Under the pieces are notes generated by a model that saw only the letters and a list, made by a program, of their open reading frames with translations, did not search any database and was not told where the DNA came from. Both the position numbers and the translations under genes were made by a program. Of a DNA stretch of 64,000 nt, positions 48,804-61,500 are shown one piece after another. Source of the DNA: Carcharhinus longimanus (lineage: Eukaryota); contig JASCQW010000098.1 in the NCBI GenBank assembly GCA_030264375.1, forward strand, positions 3,455,471-3,519,470. The letters run 5' to 3'. Position 1 is the stretch's first letter, and the number at the start of each line of letters is the position of its first letter.

Positions 48804-49807
48804 ATGGAAGCCGCGTTAAGCAAGCGGAACCCAGCACTGAGATTAGCGGATCTGGCAGCGAACAAATACCATTCCCATCAGAACATGTCAGGCTTCCCGG
48901 GGCTGGTGAGCCACCCACACCTCCACCCCGGGGAGATGAGCGGCGACCCCAGCGTGGCTCTCACCCCCTTTGGGCCCGAGCACATGGCTCAGTCTAGTGG
49001 TGTCCTCAAACTCAGTCCATCCCAGCACATGGCCGGCCACCCCGAGACGCAGACGGCGGCGATTTTCGGCTCCGCGCAGAACTCGGGCAGCTACCCAGCG
49101 GGTCACCCCCACTCGGGCTACGCGAGCGGCAGGGACTATATCCTCAGGAGAGACCTCTCAGCGTCCGTGATGCACGGGTTACCCGAGCAACACCCATCGT
49201 CTGCCTCGCACCATCACCATCACCATCACGGCATGTTCTTGTCCACCACCTCCAGCTGCGGGCATCCGGAGGTATTCCCGGGACTCCACGAGCAGTCGGC
49301 GCCGGGATCCCACCATGCTTTAAACGGACAGATGCGCCTGGGCTTGCCGGGGGATCTCTACAGGCCGGAACATTTCAACCACAGGGCTGAACATTACCCC
49401 GCTTCTTCCCTGCACTCTTACAACTCCATGAATTTGAACGTTAACCTGGCAGCGGCTCATCACGGCGCCGGGGCATTCTTCAGATACATGAGGCAACCCA
49501 TCAAACAGGAACTCATCTGCAAGTGGATTGACCAAGAAGAGACTTCAAAGAAACCTTGTTCGAAAACTTTCAGTACCATGCACGAGTTGGTGAACCATGT
49601 CACGGTGGAACATGTCGGTGGACCGGAGCAGAGCGTCCACATTTGTTACTGGGAGGATTGTCCCAGAGAGGGGAAACCGTTCAAGGCGAAATACAAACTG
49701 GTGAATCACATTCGCGTTCACACAGGGGAGAAACCCTTTCCCTGTCCCTTTCCGGCCTGCGGGACGGTATTCGCTCGCTCGGANNNNNNNNNNAAGGACT
49801 CACACAG
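48804..49807 (+). CDS. ZIC5: ZIC5 exon 1 (N-terminus to zinc finger 3), interrupted by a 10-N gap
   Basis: Starts [18 protein letters not shown], a ZIC5-type N-terminus, followed by ZF-NC and fingers 1-3. After the gap, AGG ACT CAC ACA G|gttggt gives RTHT and the conserved phase-1 intron. Confidence 0.94.
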
Positions 49808-52800
49808 GTTGGTGTTTATTAAAGCACTTTTGCGCTTTTGTTCCCCCCCCCCCCCCCGCCTCTTCGCCCGAGTACATCTCATGGCTACATCCATCTGCGG
49901 GCGAAGCTCTGATAAGTTAAAAAGAAAAGTTTAGCACTTACTCCCCCTCCCTCCCCACACACACCCTTCAATCGAGAATCTTAACCATTATCATCACAGA
50001 GTCACAGAACCCTTTTCACATCAGAAACAGGCCCCCTTTCTGATACACTCGCCGATAAATGGCACACAAATTCTGAGAATGTGGAATCAGAGCAAGGCGG
50101 TTTCGTCTGTAAGGTTTTGGAGATTTCCGATGTCGGGAGACAGGCCGGGAACATTTGCAAACGGGGTTTAAAACAGGGGGCCTCCCTTTGTCTCCCGCCC
50201 GGGGAATCTTGAGAGGACATGTCACTAATTTTAAATGTCGGCACCGGAGCTTTGACTGGAGGTGTTACTGGGATTTAAAGAAGCGAATTCCCCCCCTCCT
50301 CCTCCCCACTCCCCAATTAAAATCTGATATTTCAAATCAAGAAAAAATTAAGTACATTGAGAATGAGCAGAGTAAACTGAAAGCCCAGAATGGCACAGAG
50401 AGATTTCAGTGCAGTTTTGTGAACGGTTCAGTGCGGGGAAGGATTGGAACTTGTAAATCGGAAAAAAAAAGCGAGTTGGTTTTGCTGCTGAAATGCGCTA
50501 TTTCAGAGTTTTTGGGGAGGAACTATCCCGAGACAGTGTCAGCCAGCACCGTTGGTGCGAGTTATCAGCAGTAACTATCCAGGAACAATCCCTGCCCCCA
50601 GGGCTGTGCCCCATCGAACTTGTACAAAGTTTATTGCGTATCCTCGCGTATCGTTTTTAGTTTCTTGCGAAATCAGGAAAGCTGGTCAGAATTTATTGTT
50701 GCAGACAGATATGATTCCTTGGAGAATGTTTATTGACGTATGCTTTGCTTAAGTGTTTGCCCTGATTTATAGTGTGCTGTCACAGGGTCTAAACAGATAG
50801 TGTTACACTTATTCCTTTAATGTCTTCTTAATTTGTTGTTTAAATGTTAAAGCAAATGGTCCATGACTGCCCTGATTACAGATTTTATCTAACGAATATG
50901 TTGCACGAGTTTTTTTTTAAAGAACATCAGGGTGTGGGGTTGGGAGCGAACTGGGAATTCCAGCTACGTTGGGAAGGACCCAATTGGAGGGATAGATTCG
51001 GTTGCCCGGATCCTGTCCATGTCTTCTCAACAGAAGTGCGGAAAGTAAGGGACCTGTTTAAGACTTCCATTTTATTCGGTTTGTAGTCTTATATCCTCCC
51101 AACTCTGTATCCTGAAGATAAATCACAACTGAACACACTGATGTAGCCCTTTTAGCTTTTCAGGCCTCTTAATGGTTCCTAACTAGAGTTAGAAAATGGT
51201 CACCTTTTGAGTACTGTCCACTTGGACCTAGAGAGAAAAAAAAAACAGGAGTTCGGGGAGGGTTAACTGCTCATATTCTAGTATTTTTAAATGGGTCATA
51301 GATTAAAAATAACACAAAAAATGGTAATTAGCGTCACACGGGGAAGCAGAATTACTTTCTTCACTTCAGTGGAGCAGCGAGGTAAAATTGCCAATCAACT
51401 TCATGTCCGCCCAACAAATGAAACCCGATGTTGCTGAGATTCAGAGTGGGTGCAGAGCAGAGCTCGCCGCCAAAAACACAACTTTTCAGATAGATATAGC
51501 GGTGCCCCCCCCCCCCCCCCCCCTCCAGGCAAAAACACACACAATATGGCGATGTGCGCCAAGTGTGTTTGTAAAGTCAATTAACATAATTCTTTGCTCC
51601 TTTTTTTAGAAAAAAGAAAAGAAAGTACACTCTCTGCCTGTTCGAATGGGTGTGTGCTGTCTGCCTTTCGGTGTCAGGGCTTGAGGATTGATAAGTTTGT
51701 AAACTCTCAAGTGTTCGGAAACAAAGGCTGTGGTTACCCTAAGAGTTTGCTAAGAGTTCGCTCTGTGTTTGATACACTTGATAAACGAAGGCATTGATAT
51801 GCTGAGTAACACGTCCTTATGGGAGGAAATTCCACTCTGTACCTGACCCACACATGGGAAATGTGGCCTAAAACAGTGCATCTGAAAGAGAAAAATGCAT
51901 GGGAAGCACAGGGAAATCCGAATAGCAGTCATGTTCCTGATGACAGGGGCAGCTTTAAATGGAGCCAGTTTACACTCAATGCTATGAAGAGGGGGTTATG
52001 TTTGAGGGCGAATCGGTTTTTAGCATCGAGTGCTTTCTGGAGCCCCAAGCTCAACGCAAAAATGCAACACGGCAGTCAAAGGTTGTCAGTGTCTTTCTCC
52101 TAACATCACAGCTTGGGGGCCAGAAACTCCTCTCTAACCGCCAGGCCAAACACCAGACGTTTTGGAAGTGCTAGTTTATGAGCAGCCCCTGGGAGCCAGG
52201 CACTGCATCGGGCTGCCGCAGTCCACGCAGCTAAATATAAATGTTTACAATGTAAAACAGAACCGGGACGGTGTAATACTGGAAGACGCCTGTGGCCCTC
52301 TGCATTTGGCCAGCCCCATTTCAACCCCCCGCGTAAGAATAGTAACACCTATTAGATTCAAGGCAAGGACATTTTGCAAAGATTCCGCCAAGTGTTTGTC
52401 GGATACTAAGATGCAAGTGAACCTCAATCATGTTAGCGAGAGGAGTCCAAAAACTGCATTTCCAATGATGCAAAATGCCCCTTCTTACAAAGATGGCCAC
52501 CAAACCTGGAGTTATTGTCCTCGTTCAAGTTAACTCCAAACAAACAAGACAGAGCGTGATATGAATCCGTTTTCCATTTGAACCCTAATCTGAGAATAAA
52601 TATGTAGGCGAGATTTCTGCTCGATTACTTTGTGTAGAGTTGGCCTGTAATGTTGATGCTACTCTTGGTGACTGGGACGTTTCAATGGAACACATTTTAA
52701 TATTGCAGAGAGGCATACATTTGCCTAAATATCAGGTCACTAGGCGCTGGACTGCAGAATAAACAATGAAAGAAATACTATAAAGGACACACACAAAAAA

Positions 52801-53564
52801 AATACGAGGCTGGGGTTTGATCTCGAAGGTCGCCAGACTGGTTCAATTCGACTTGTTACAGATTGTTAAACGGGCCAAGTTCTGACCAGGCAAATACCAA
52901 ACACCAATATTCTGTTCACAGTCACCTTCCCGAAGTGCCTCAGAATATCGGCGTGTGAGAGGGGAATAGAAATATTCAAATATAATAGTGTAAGAAGTTT
53001 AACTAAAACTTGTCTTAAAACTTCTGGCCAAGGAAGCTTGCCAGAAACCTCAGCAGCAATTTTCCCCTTTCCAAGTTAAATGTTAAAACATGTTGGCGGA
53101 GTTTAAAGTTTCCCAATCCTTCAGAGGAACAATGAGGAATTTGACTTTCCTTTTGCAACGGACTCACACAAGGAAATCTTAGAAAAGAGAAACGCTTCTT
53201 CCCGGGGCGCGTTCGTGTCAAACTAAAGAGTGAATGAAATACTTTGCTGTTAAAACTAAGAGTTGCCTCCCAGACGCAAGTTGGTGGGTTTGAGAATCCC
53301 GCCAGCTGGTCACCACTGTAAGGCTTTCATTTTATGTTGCAAGTATACTTAAACAAGAACACTAGCATTTAGATAGCGCCTTTCGTGCCCTCCGCCCATC
53401 CCAAAGCACACTGCAGCCAATGGAAAACCACTGCTGGAATGTAGGAATTTACTTTTAAATACAATACTCAAATGGTTGCAATGAACCAGGCGCATTGTTT
53501 GAAAAACCTTATTATATAAAAACAGTCGACTGTGTTCCCTTACACTTTTTTTTACTATTTTCAG

Positions 53565-53998
53565 GAGAGAAACCTTTCAAATGCGAGTTTGATGGTTGTG
53601 ACAGGAAATTTGCCAATAGCAGCGACAGAAAGAAACATTCTCATGTGCATACCAGCGACAAACCGTACAACTGTAAAGTGAGGGGCTGCGACAAATCTTA
53701 CACTCATCCCAGTTCCCTTCGCAAACACATGAAGGTGCATTGTAAATCTCCACCGCCCCCCCTCAGCTCGGGATACGAGCTCTCAAACACGCCCTTAGGG
53801 ATGGTGTCCCCGGCCTCGGAACCAGCCAGGGGCCGCACTGCCAGCGTCTCCTCACAAGTTACCAACCTCAACGAGTGGTACGTCTGCCAGGGTAGCGGGG
53901 CTGCCAACAGCCTGCACACCCCGTCAAGCAATGGCACCTCATCCGACACCGAGGATGAGGAGGCTTACAGGGACCCGGACCCCAGGACAATGCTCTGA
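53565..53998 (+). CDS. ZIC5: ZIC5 exon 2 coding part (zinc fingers 4-5 and C-terminus)
   Basis: Pyrimidine tract plus cag|[32 protein letters not shown] and [10 protein letters not shown] with a C-terminal extension mark the ZIC4/5 subgroup. Head-to-head partner of ZIC2. Confidence 0.95.
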
Positions 53999-55531
53999 CA
54001 GAGGAGAGCTGAAGAGGCGTTCATATAGGCACCTTGAGAATGGTCCAGAGAAGGTCTGTAGCAATGGCGGCCATCAAATAGAACCAGCAAAGATGTGGCC
54101 CGTGGCCATCTTAAACCAACTAGCTTCATACTTCGAAGGAGAACAACTTAAGGGCTATGGACCTGACCCTGTATGCAGTTTTCTGGTCGATGCTCCCATT
54201 CTCTGTGGATTGGGATCATTGAAGATAAAAGAAAGTCACGGTTTGATTTGTTTTAAGACTTGTAAATATTGGTGGTATGAAATCAAAACGTGACTTAAAG
54301 GAACAAAACATATCGTCTGACCTACTTCGGCCCAGCAATACTACATTTCTCTCGACCGGGAGAACATCTCCGCTTTCTGGAACTAGTAGACTACACACCG
54401 CCAGTGCCCCCCACGGGGACGCAAGTGGGGGTTAGGACAGTGTTGAAGTGTTACAACTCGACGGTCTGAGGGAAGGGATATCCCACACTTCTGTGACATG
54501 ATGAAGGACAACAAAGATNNNNNNNNNNNNNNNNNNNNNNNNNNNNNNNNNNNNNNNNNNNNNNNNNNAGCGAGATCGCCGTATTTCTATGTCCAGATGA
54601 AATGACTCAGTCCTATCGGGTTCTTTTAATAACACACAAACACGAGCTCATGTCCATCCGCCCCACTGTTACCAAAAAGAGTTGAATTAGGATTTTCCTA
54701 AACCAGTCATATATCTCAGTAACGCTGAAAAGCGCAAGGACTCTATGTGACCCTGTGAAATCTGTACTGACAATACATCAACCTTTACTGGGAATCTGTA
54801 GAACCCGACCTTTTGTGTGTTTTTTTCTATCCATTATGGTATCGGCAAAAAAAATTTATATTTCACTCATAATTATTCAGGCCTTCGTACAAACAGACTA
54901 AAGAGCACTAATATGTCCTTAGAGGCCAGGAGACGCAAAAATGACAGGTCTGTCCCTGTAGAGTTTGTACATAATCGTTGTGGGCTGCGAGTCGTTGATA
55001 TAATCGTTAGCTACCTTAAGATTTTCGTCCGTAAATGCTCTTCAATTTGTAAACTATAATTTATTTGCTGATGTGTAATATCTTTCTGCAATAGTACAGA
55101 GACACCAAAGAATTATATTATTACGTTTGGTGGCGTATCGTGTGGTGATGATGAATTTGTGGTCTGTCCGAACATTTATTTTCCGCTTACTTGAATGAAA
55201 CGTGAAATGTGAAGATGAAGATATGTGATTGTTTTATTCTTCCTGGTGCTGCAGTGAATCGTTGTAACTCCAGTATTGGTGCATATGTTATTATTATCAT
55301 GCATGTTGCAGTCATTTTTTTNNNNNNNNNNNNNNNNNNNNNNNNNNNNNNNNNNNNNNNNNNNNNNNNNNNNNNNNNNNNNNNNNNNNNNNNNNNNNNN
55401 NNNNNNACACACAAAATGCAACGGAGAGATAGAGGTCCCTCTAAAACCATGAATGGTCCACCTGTACATCGGTTAGAATCGTGTTTCAGTGAAAGAGATT
55501 TAAACGCGTGACAATGTATTTTAAAATTGTG

Positions 55532-55537
55532 AATAAA
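55532..55537 (+). terminator. Candidate ZIC5 poly(A) signal
   Basis: AATAAA ~1.5 kb after the stop codon, followed by U/GU-rich sequence. Gaps in the UTR could hide others. Confidence 0.45.
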
Positions 55538-58500
55538 CAAATATTGTTTTCCCTTCAGCGTTAATAACCGCATTGTGTGTTAAATGGACGGTAAATTCTA
55601 GCGTTGCGGATATGGAAATCCTTACCTCGATGGCGGGGAATCAACTCATTGGCTAACGGTCTGAAGCTTAGAATTCTTGGTGTAACTTTTATTTCTATGC
55701 TGGACGGCAACATTTGCCCCAGTGCAACTATTCACCTGATTATCGCAAACGGGATGTACAGAAGGACTACAGTAAATGTTCGAGGTGTAGCTACCTATAG
55801 TTGGCAAATGGGAGGTGAAACAATTCCTAATATTGTCTGTAATTAGCATTTCTGCATGGCGCCCAAGAAAGGCAATGCTTGCCCCTTGGAACTATTGGGT
55901 CCCAGGTTGCCATCCCTTGCTGCCTATTTCCCTTTCACAGGCCCAGTCCGTGTACATATGGATATTTCATTGTGGTTCCGTTTATCCTATTGGCAGTCAC
56001 ATTGTAGCGTTACGTTGTACAAACACCACATGAATCTCCAGTAGATAAAGAAAAACAATCCAGAAATAGTCCAGGGCAGGAGGAAATGGGGTTCTTACGT
56101 TCCCCGAAATTCCACCATTACACATTCCGTTTCCCCATCCATGCCTGCCTCACAACTGCGGAAGGTGGCCCGAGATTCCATTTGGATCATTGTGACTTCA
56201 GATATGATGTTGGTGGCGCATTCTCTTTCTAATTGGGATTGAAAAAACAACTTGACCCATCAGTTAAAAAAGAACATCACTCAGAATCGCCTTTTAAGGC
56301 AGAGAGATATCTCACACTGTGCATCCAAAGGTTGAGATCTACGAATTCGGGACCACGCAACCTTTTCCAGTTTTAATGCACATTCTTCTGATACATCGCC
56401 GATAAAATGAAGCAACAGGAACTACATTCCTGTTGGCCAAAGTGTCAAAGAGCAGATGGAAATGTGGTCACAAGCACAGGCCCGGGACGCCAGAAAGCAA
56501 TCCGAAGAATGAGTGATATGCCTCCTAAATGAAATAGGTTGTTTCTGTGAGATTCACAATTAAAAGCATATGAAGCAGAAGAAGACTCATGTAAATGAAG
56601 GCGCCAATCAATGGGGAAACCTATAGCTCTCTAATGAAGTTTCTGGTGAAAGGAAGGCTTGTACAAAAGCATCTAGACATGAATCATTCATGGCAGATAT
56701 AAAAGATAAAAGATATCCGACAATAAGCAGATCGTTGTAAAGAATGTAAAAAAAAACACGCTTCCCCTCTATACTTGCTGCATGAAACTCCACAATCTCG
56801 CTCTCCTCCCTATAGAGTTAAAATGTGGCCAGTGCCTGTCCTGCGCCACTTCAAAGTCATTTACTCCAGAGCGGAAGACTTGGCGCTTGGACACTCTTCA
56901 TGCTGCGTTAGGATTTCTATGGCAATTGGCAAACCCCATCTCCACATTTGAATATATTTACAAAAACGCTCACTTTAGCTTTAAGCAGCGCCTTATTTAA
57001 GCGGTGACAGTGTTCACCCTCCACCCACCCAGTCCCGCACCCACCCCAGCATGGGGCTATCAGTGTACACCTTGCACTGTTAGAAAAAGTACTATTTTTT
57101 TTGGAGAGCTACCTCAACAAACTTGCCATTTGTTCATCTGTCGCGTCTCTAACTTTCAGCTACAAGTAGTCAAAAGGGTGTCCATTCTACCCACACATAC
57201 ACACACACACACACACACATACAGTGTATTGATGTAAACATGCCCTTTGTCAGAGATACGAATATGTCTAATAAATAGTGGTTAGATAACACCAAGCAAA
57301 TAATTTCGCTCCATGTTTTCAACGAGCGAGCAAGTTCTTTTTTTCTCTGTAAGCAGAGTGTTGTGAGACTGGGCCAGGAACAGGGCTGAAGACAACACAA
57401 ATATTGTCAAAACAAGAGGAGATTGCTGCCTCTCCAGTCCCGTTAACTATGTGTGCGTGTGTGCTTGGTTTGGTGAGCATTTGCAGTTTACACGTGGGCA
57501 GAACCAGATGCCGAAATTGCAAACAAAACACACACTAAAAAAAAGTGGGCTCACGTTTTAAGAGATGAGTCGCAAGCTTCCTCTCCTACCACCCCCCCCC
57601 CACCCCGCCCCCGCCCCCCTCCTGGGACAACCCATATCTGTAGTTGGTCGCTGATGAGTTTGGAGAAGCCAAACACAAGAGGTGCCGAGGAAGCGCAACC
57701 CAAGACAACAAAAAAAAGCAACACAAAAAAGCGCACGAGTCTAATCAGGCAGGCGAAAGTTCAAAGGCAAACCGCTTTGAAATTCAAACTACTGCTTTTA
57801 CGGTATATCAACATGGCGCGTTAAGATTGCTATGGCAATGAGTAAGCCCAGAGCAGGCTGCATTCAAAGCAGGTCTACCTCGATTCGCGACAGTCTATTA
57901 AGATACAGTTGCATTGACCTTTCGTTTCATGCTATGTTAGTTGAGTCAATTTCCACTGCATCAGAACCGTCCATATTTAGTTTTGCCCCTTTCTGAGCGA
58001 CTCTCCCCCCACCCCACCCCCTCCTCCTTTACCTTACCTTACCTCTCCCTCCCACCTCCTCTCCAAATATCAGCCAGCTACTTTACTTGCTTTTTTTTTG
58101 GATGGATCTTGAAGTATTTACTTGGATCTTTTATCTCCCCCCCTCCTTTTTTTTTGGGAGGCTTACCAACTATTGTGTGCAATATGTTATCGCTCTCTGT
58201 TTATCTAATACAAGTACTCTGTGAATGGTGAAAAATAAACAGGATGGAAAATAACTAAACAGATGATTCCTTCGAGTGAAAAACCCGGGGACTAAATAAA
58301 AGAGCGAAGCAGTCACCGATGAATGGAAAACCCTTTGAAGTGGAACTTATTATCTGAGGAATACTTTCCCGTCGTCCTAACGACACAGCTGAATTGAAAA
58401 GCGCTCCCTTTTGTCAGCGATTTGTTCTCCTTTACCAGAAAGCCCACTGGAATTACTTACATGAACTGCCTTAACATACAGACTGGAAATCAGTAACTTT

Positions 58501-61500
58501 GCAAGTCAGACTTTCAGACGCCACTCTGTTGAATCTGAGGGGAGGGTGTCGGTTGTTTCGGTGGGGGTTGGGGGGAGAGGATGGTGTGTGTATGTGTGTG
58601 TGTTTTTGTGTGTGTGGAATAAACCGATAGTAAACAGATCGTTTAAAGGGATTATTTATATACCTGCGTTGTCTGTTGTGTGTGTTGGTTAGAATCTCGA
58701 TTTCAACTCAACTTCACGTATGTTCTTAGAATACACCGCTTTAGACACCAGAGTGACAGATATACTGGCCACATGTTCCTCGGCTCACACGCCGCCTCGC
58801 CACTAAATTATCAACCCTAGCTGCCTGACGCTTTTTCTCTCCTCTTTCCCCAAACCATATCCTGTTTTACCCAAAATTTATTCATAACAGATGCACAAGA
58901 TAAACAGGCAATTTCAGAGTCAAGCGGCGGAGGAGAGTGTACTTGGAAAGTTGTAAATATCTTTTATACCTTCTCCCCCTGCAAGTAATGACTTGTTTCG
59001 AAATATTTATATTTGATCTGAGATTCCATACTGTAAAATAATTAGATTTCACCATATCAACAAGGGTAATTGTGCACACATACTGTGTACAACCCATTGT
59101 TAATATTTTCCCATATTTTCTTGCTTATTTCACTTTAATATAAATATATTACAATGACGAACTGTCTACAGCCGAACCTTTCTTTGTAGAAACGGAAATA
59201 CCAAAAGGAACTCCATAAACTGGAGTACAGATGTTATATTTTGAAACTCTGAAAGTAGATTGTCTCTGATTGTCTCTATATTATGTGTATGTATGTATAT
59301 ATATATGTATTTATATAATTACATTTAGCACATTTTGTACTCTCTCTTCAGATGGGCTGTCTTTTAGTTTGGACACAGTGAAAAGTAATGTGCTTGCTGA
59401 GAACCAAGCACCAGTCACAGCGTTACAAACAGAGTGCATTAAATATTGAATGACATTAGGGAAAAAAAGAGCTTGTCAAGGGGCAGTCAGCCTGAAAGTC
59501 TTTCTTTGACTTTTTTCTGCGCTGCCCTGTCCGACTATTTAAGCTGGTGTTAATTAAGGCTGCTTACGATTCAGCTCCATCTCAGCTTTGTCTATGTTCT
59601 TCACCACACTTGTCAAACGACATCGTTAGTCCAAGCAGCTTCTTTTTTTCTGTTGTACATACATTTAGTTTAGTGAAAGTGCACTTCCTGTAGTACTGGA
59701 GATAGCTTTGTAAACCGCACCCTGCAAACAGGGATTCAGCAAGCTCAGAAACCTCCCCCTAAAAACATTGATTTACATGTTGAAAGATCAATGTATTCGC
59801 ATTAGACCAAACGTGTCATTCGTGCATCTAACTGGAACTTTTGGCTTGGTTTACGGGCGATTTAGAATGACCACCATCAACACAGAGCATGCTCTTGAGA
59901 GCAACCTTTGGTTCATTCTGAGAATCCATGTGATTGTTTAAGCTTTATACCAAACATTAGTTTCATATTTACCGTAGGGTCTATCCTGTCCAAAACCTGC
60001 TTCAGGCCAATCTGCCCAATTCGTTCACTGCGCCATAGCCTTTTAATCACATTGTACACTTTATGTTTAAACGCGGTGAAGAATAATAGTTAAGAATAAA
60101 AGCTCCCGAAAAGCAGTCCTCCTCACACTGCTTACAAAGAGCTGTCTCCAGATAATGTCTGGAAGCTTCTTGCTAACTGCCACAAGCAACAGTCAGCATC
60201 AACAAACATCCATGGTACTGGTCGGAAAAATTACAGAAATGAAAATTGCCTCAAAATATCTGCTTATTCACTATGATATTGAAAGTGAAGAGTGCTTTCG
60301 GCGACTCTGTCTCTAATTTGGGCGATGTGTATAGGTGGAAACTGACCCCTCGCCTCTCAAAGCCTTGTAAAGGAAATAATCCCCAGTCAGAAACGATGCC
60401 CTCCCACCCACTACTTTCTGAAACTCCCAGGCCTCACTGATAGAAACCGAAATCAGAAACTCATTCTAGACTCAGGAAATTAAGGCTTCAGAGCCTAAGC
60501 AGCTACAGCCGTTTGGGCTAATTTACACACCATTCGCCAATACTTCCCACTCAATGTTGAAAGGGTGGGGAATTTGACAGAGGTGAATATTTAGTCGGAG
60601 CGAGTTGGGAAAATGAAACACTTTTTTAAATGTTAAAACATTTTTAAAATGTTNNNNNNNNNNNNNNNNNNNNNNNNNNNNNNNNNNNNNNNNNNNNNNN
60701 NNNNNNNNNNNNNNNNNNNNNNNNNNNNNNNNNNNNNNNNNNNNNNNNNNNNNTTACCTGCAAGAGGATTGAATGGGGTGGACGGTGCAGGGGGCGGGGC
60801 GGTGGGGTGGGGGGGGAGGGGGGAGGGTCGTTGGCGGAAACAATGCTTAAGTCCTGGAATACTAGGAGTGCTTCTGAAAGGTGAAAGGGTCCACGTGGTT
60901 CAGTAACTGGGTTGGGTTTAACAAGGACACTAAATTATTCTGCAATCCATCCCAAGCACCAAGGGCATCGCCAGCACAGCGCACCCTCTCTCTGTCACAA
61001 GGTGACTGAGACAAAATCACGATGCAGTCCCTTAGAAAGATGGGGGATGAGGCTGTCAGCACTCTGAGAGATTCCTTCACTTCTACCTAAACATGTTTAG
61101 CAACATGTAGGATTGGTGCACGGAATTCACTTCGGGGGCGTGTCTGCCAAATGTTACTGTAGCTTTTTTTTTGGAAAAACAAAATAGATCAGGTTGTGTG
61201 AACGGGGATTGAGAAGAGAGGGAAGTTCGCTTTAGCATGGAATGTGAGTTTGGAGATACTTTTGCGCAAGAATCCAGCTAGCCTCGTTACACACGCAGGG
61301 ACTGGCTGGACCAGTCCCCTTGATGTCTGAACCAAAGGAAAGTCTCGTAAAACAATCCTAATGGAAAGCGACAGACAGGTCGGATGTCCCTTAAACTAGC
61401 CATCAATAAAGGCGCGAGCAGGCACTGCTCAAATTGGAGGGAGCCGCTTTCAGCCCTAGTAGATCCTGGTCAACTCACAACTTAACAACAGGTTTCTAAA

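Noticed and set aside
54405-54420. Possible CTCF site
   Set aside because: Two mismatches at informative core positions, so it is not supportable without a PWM scan or ChIP data.
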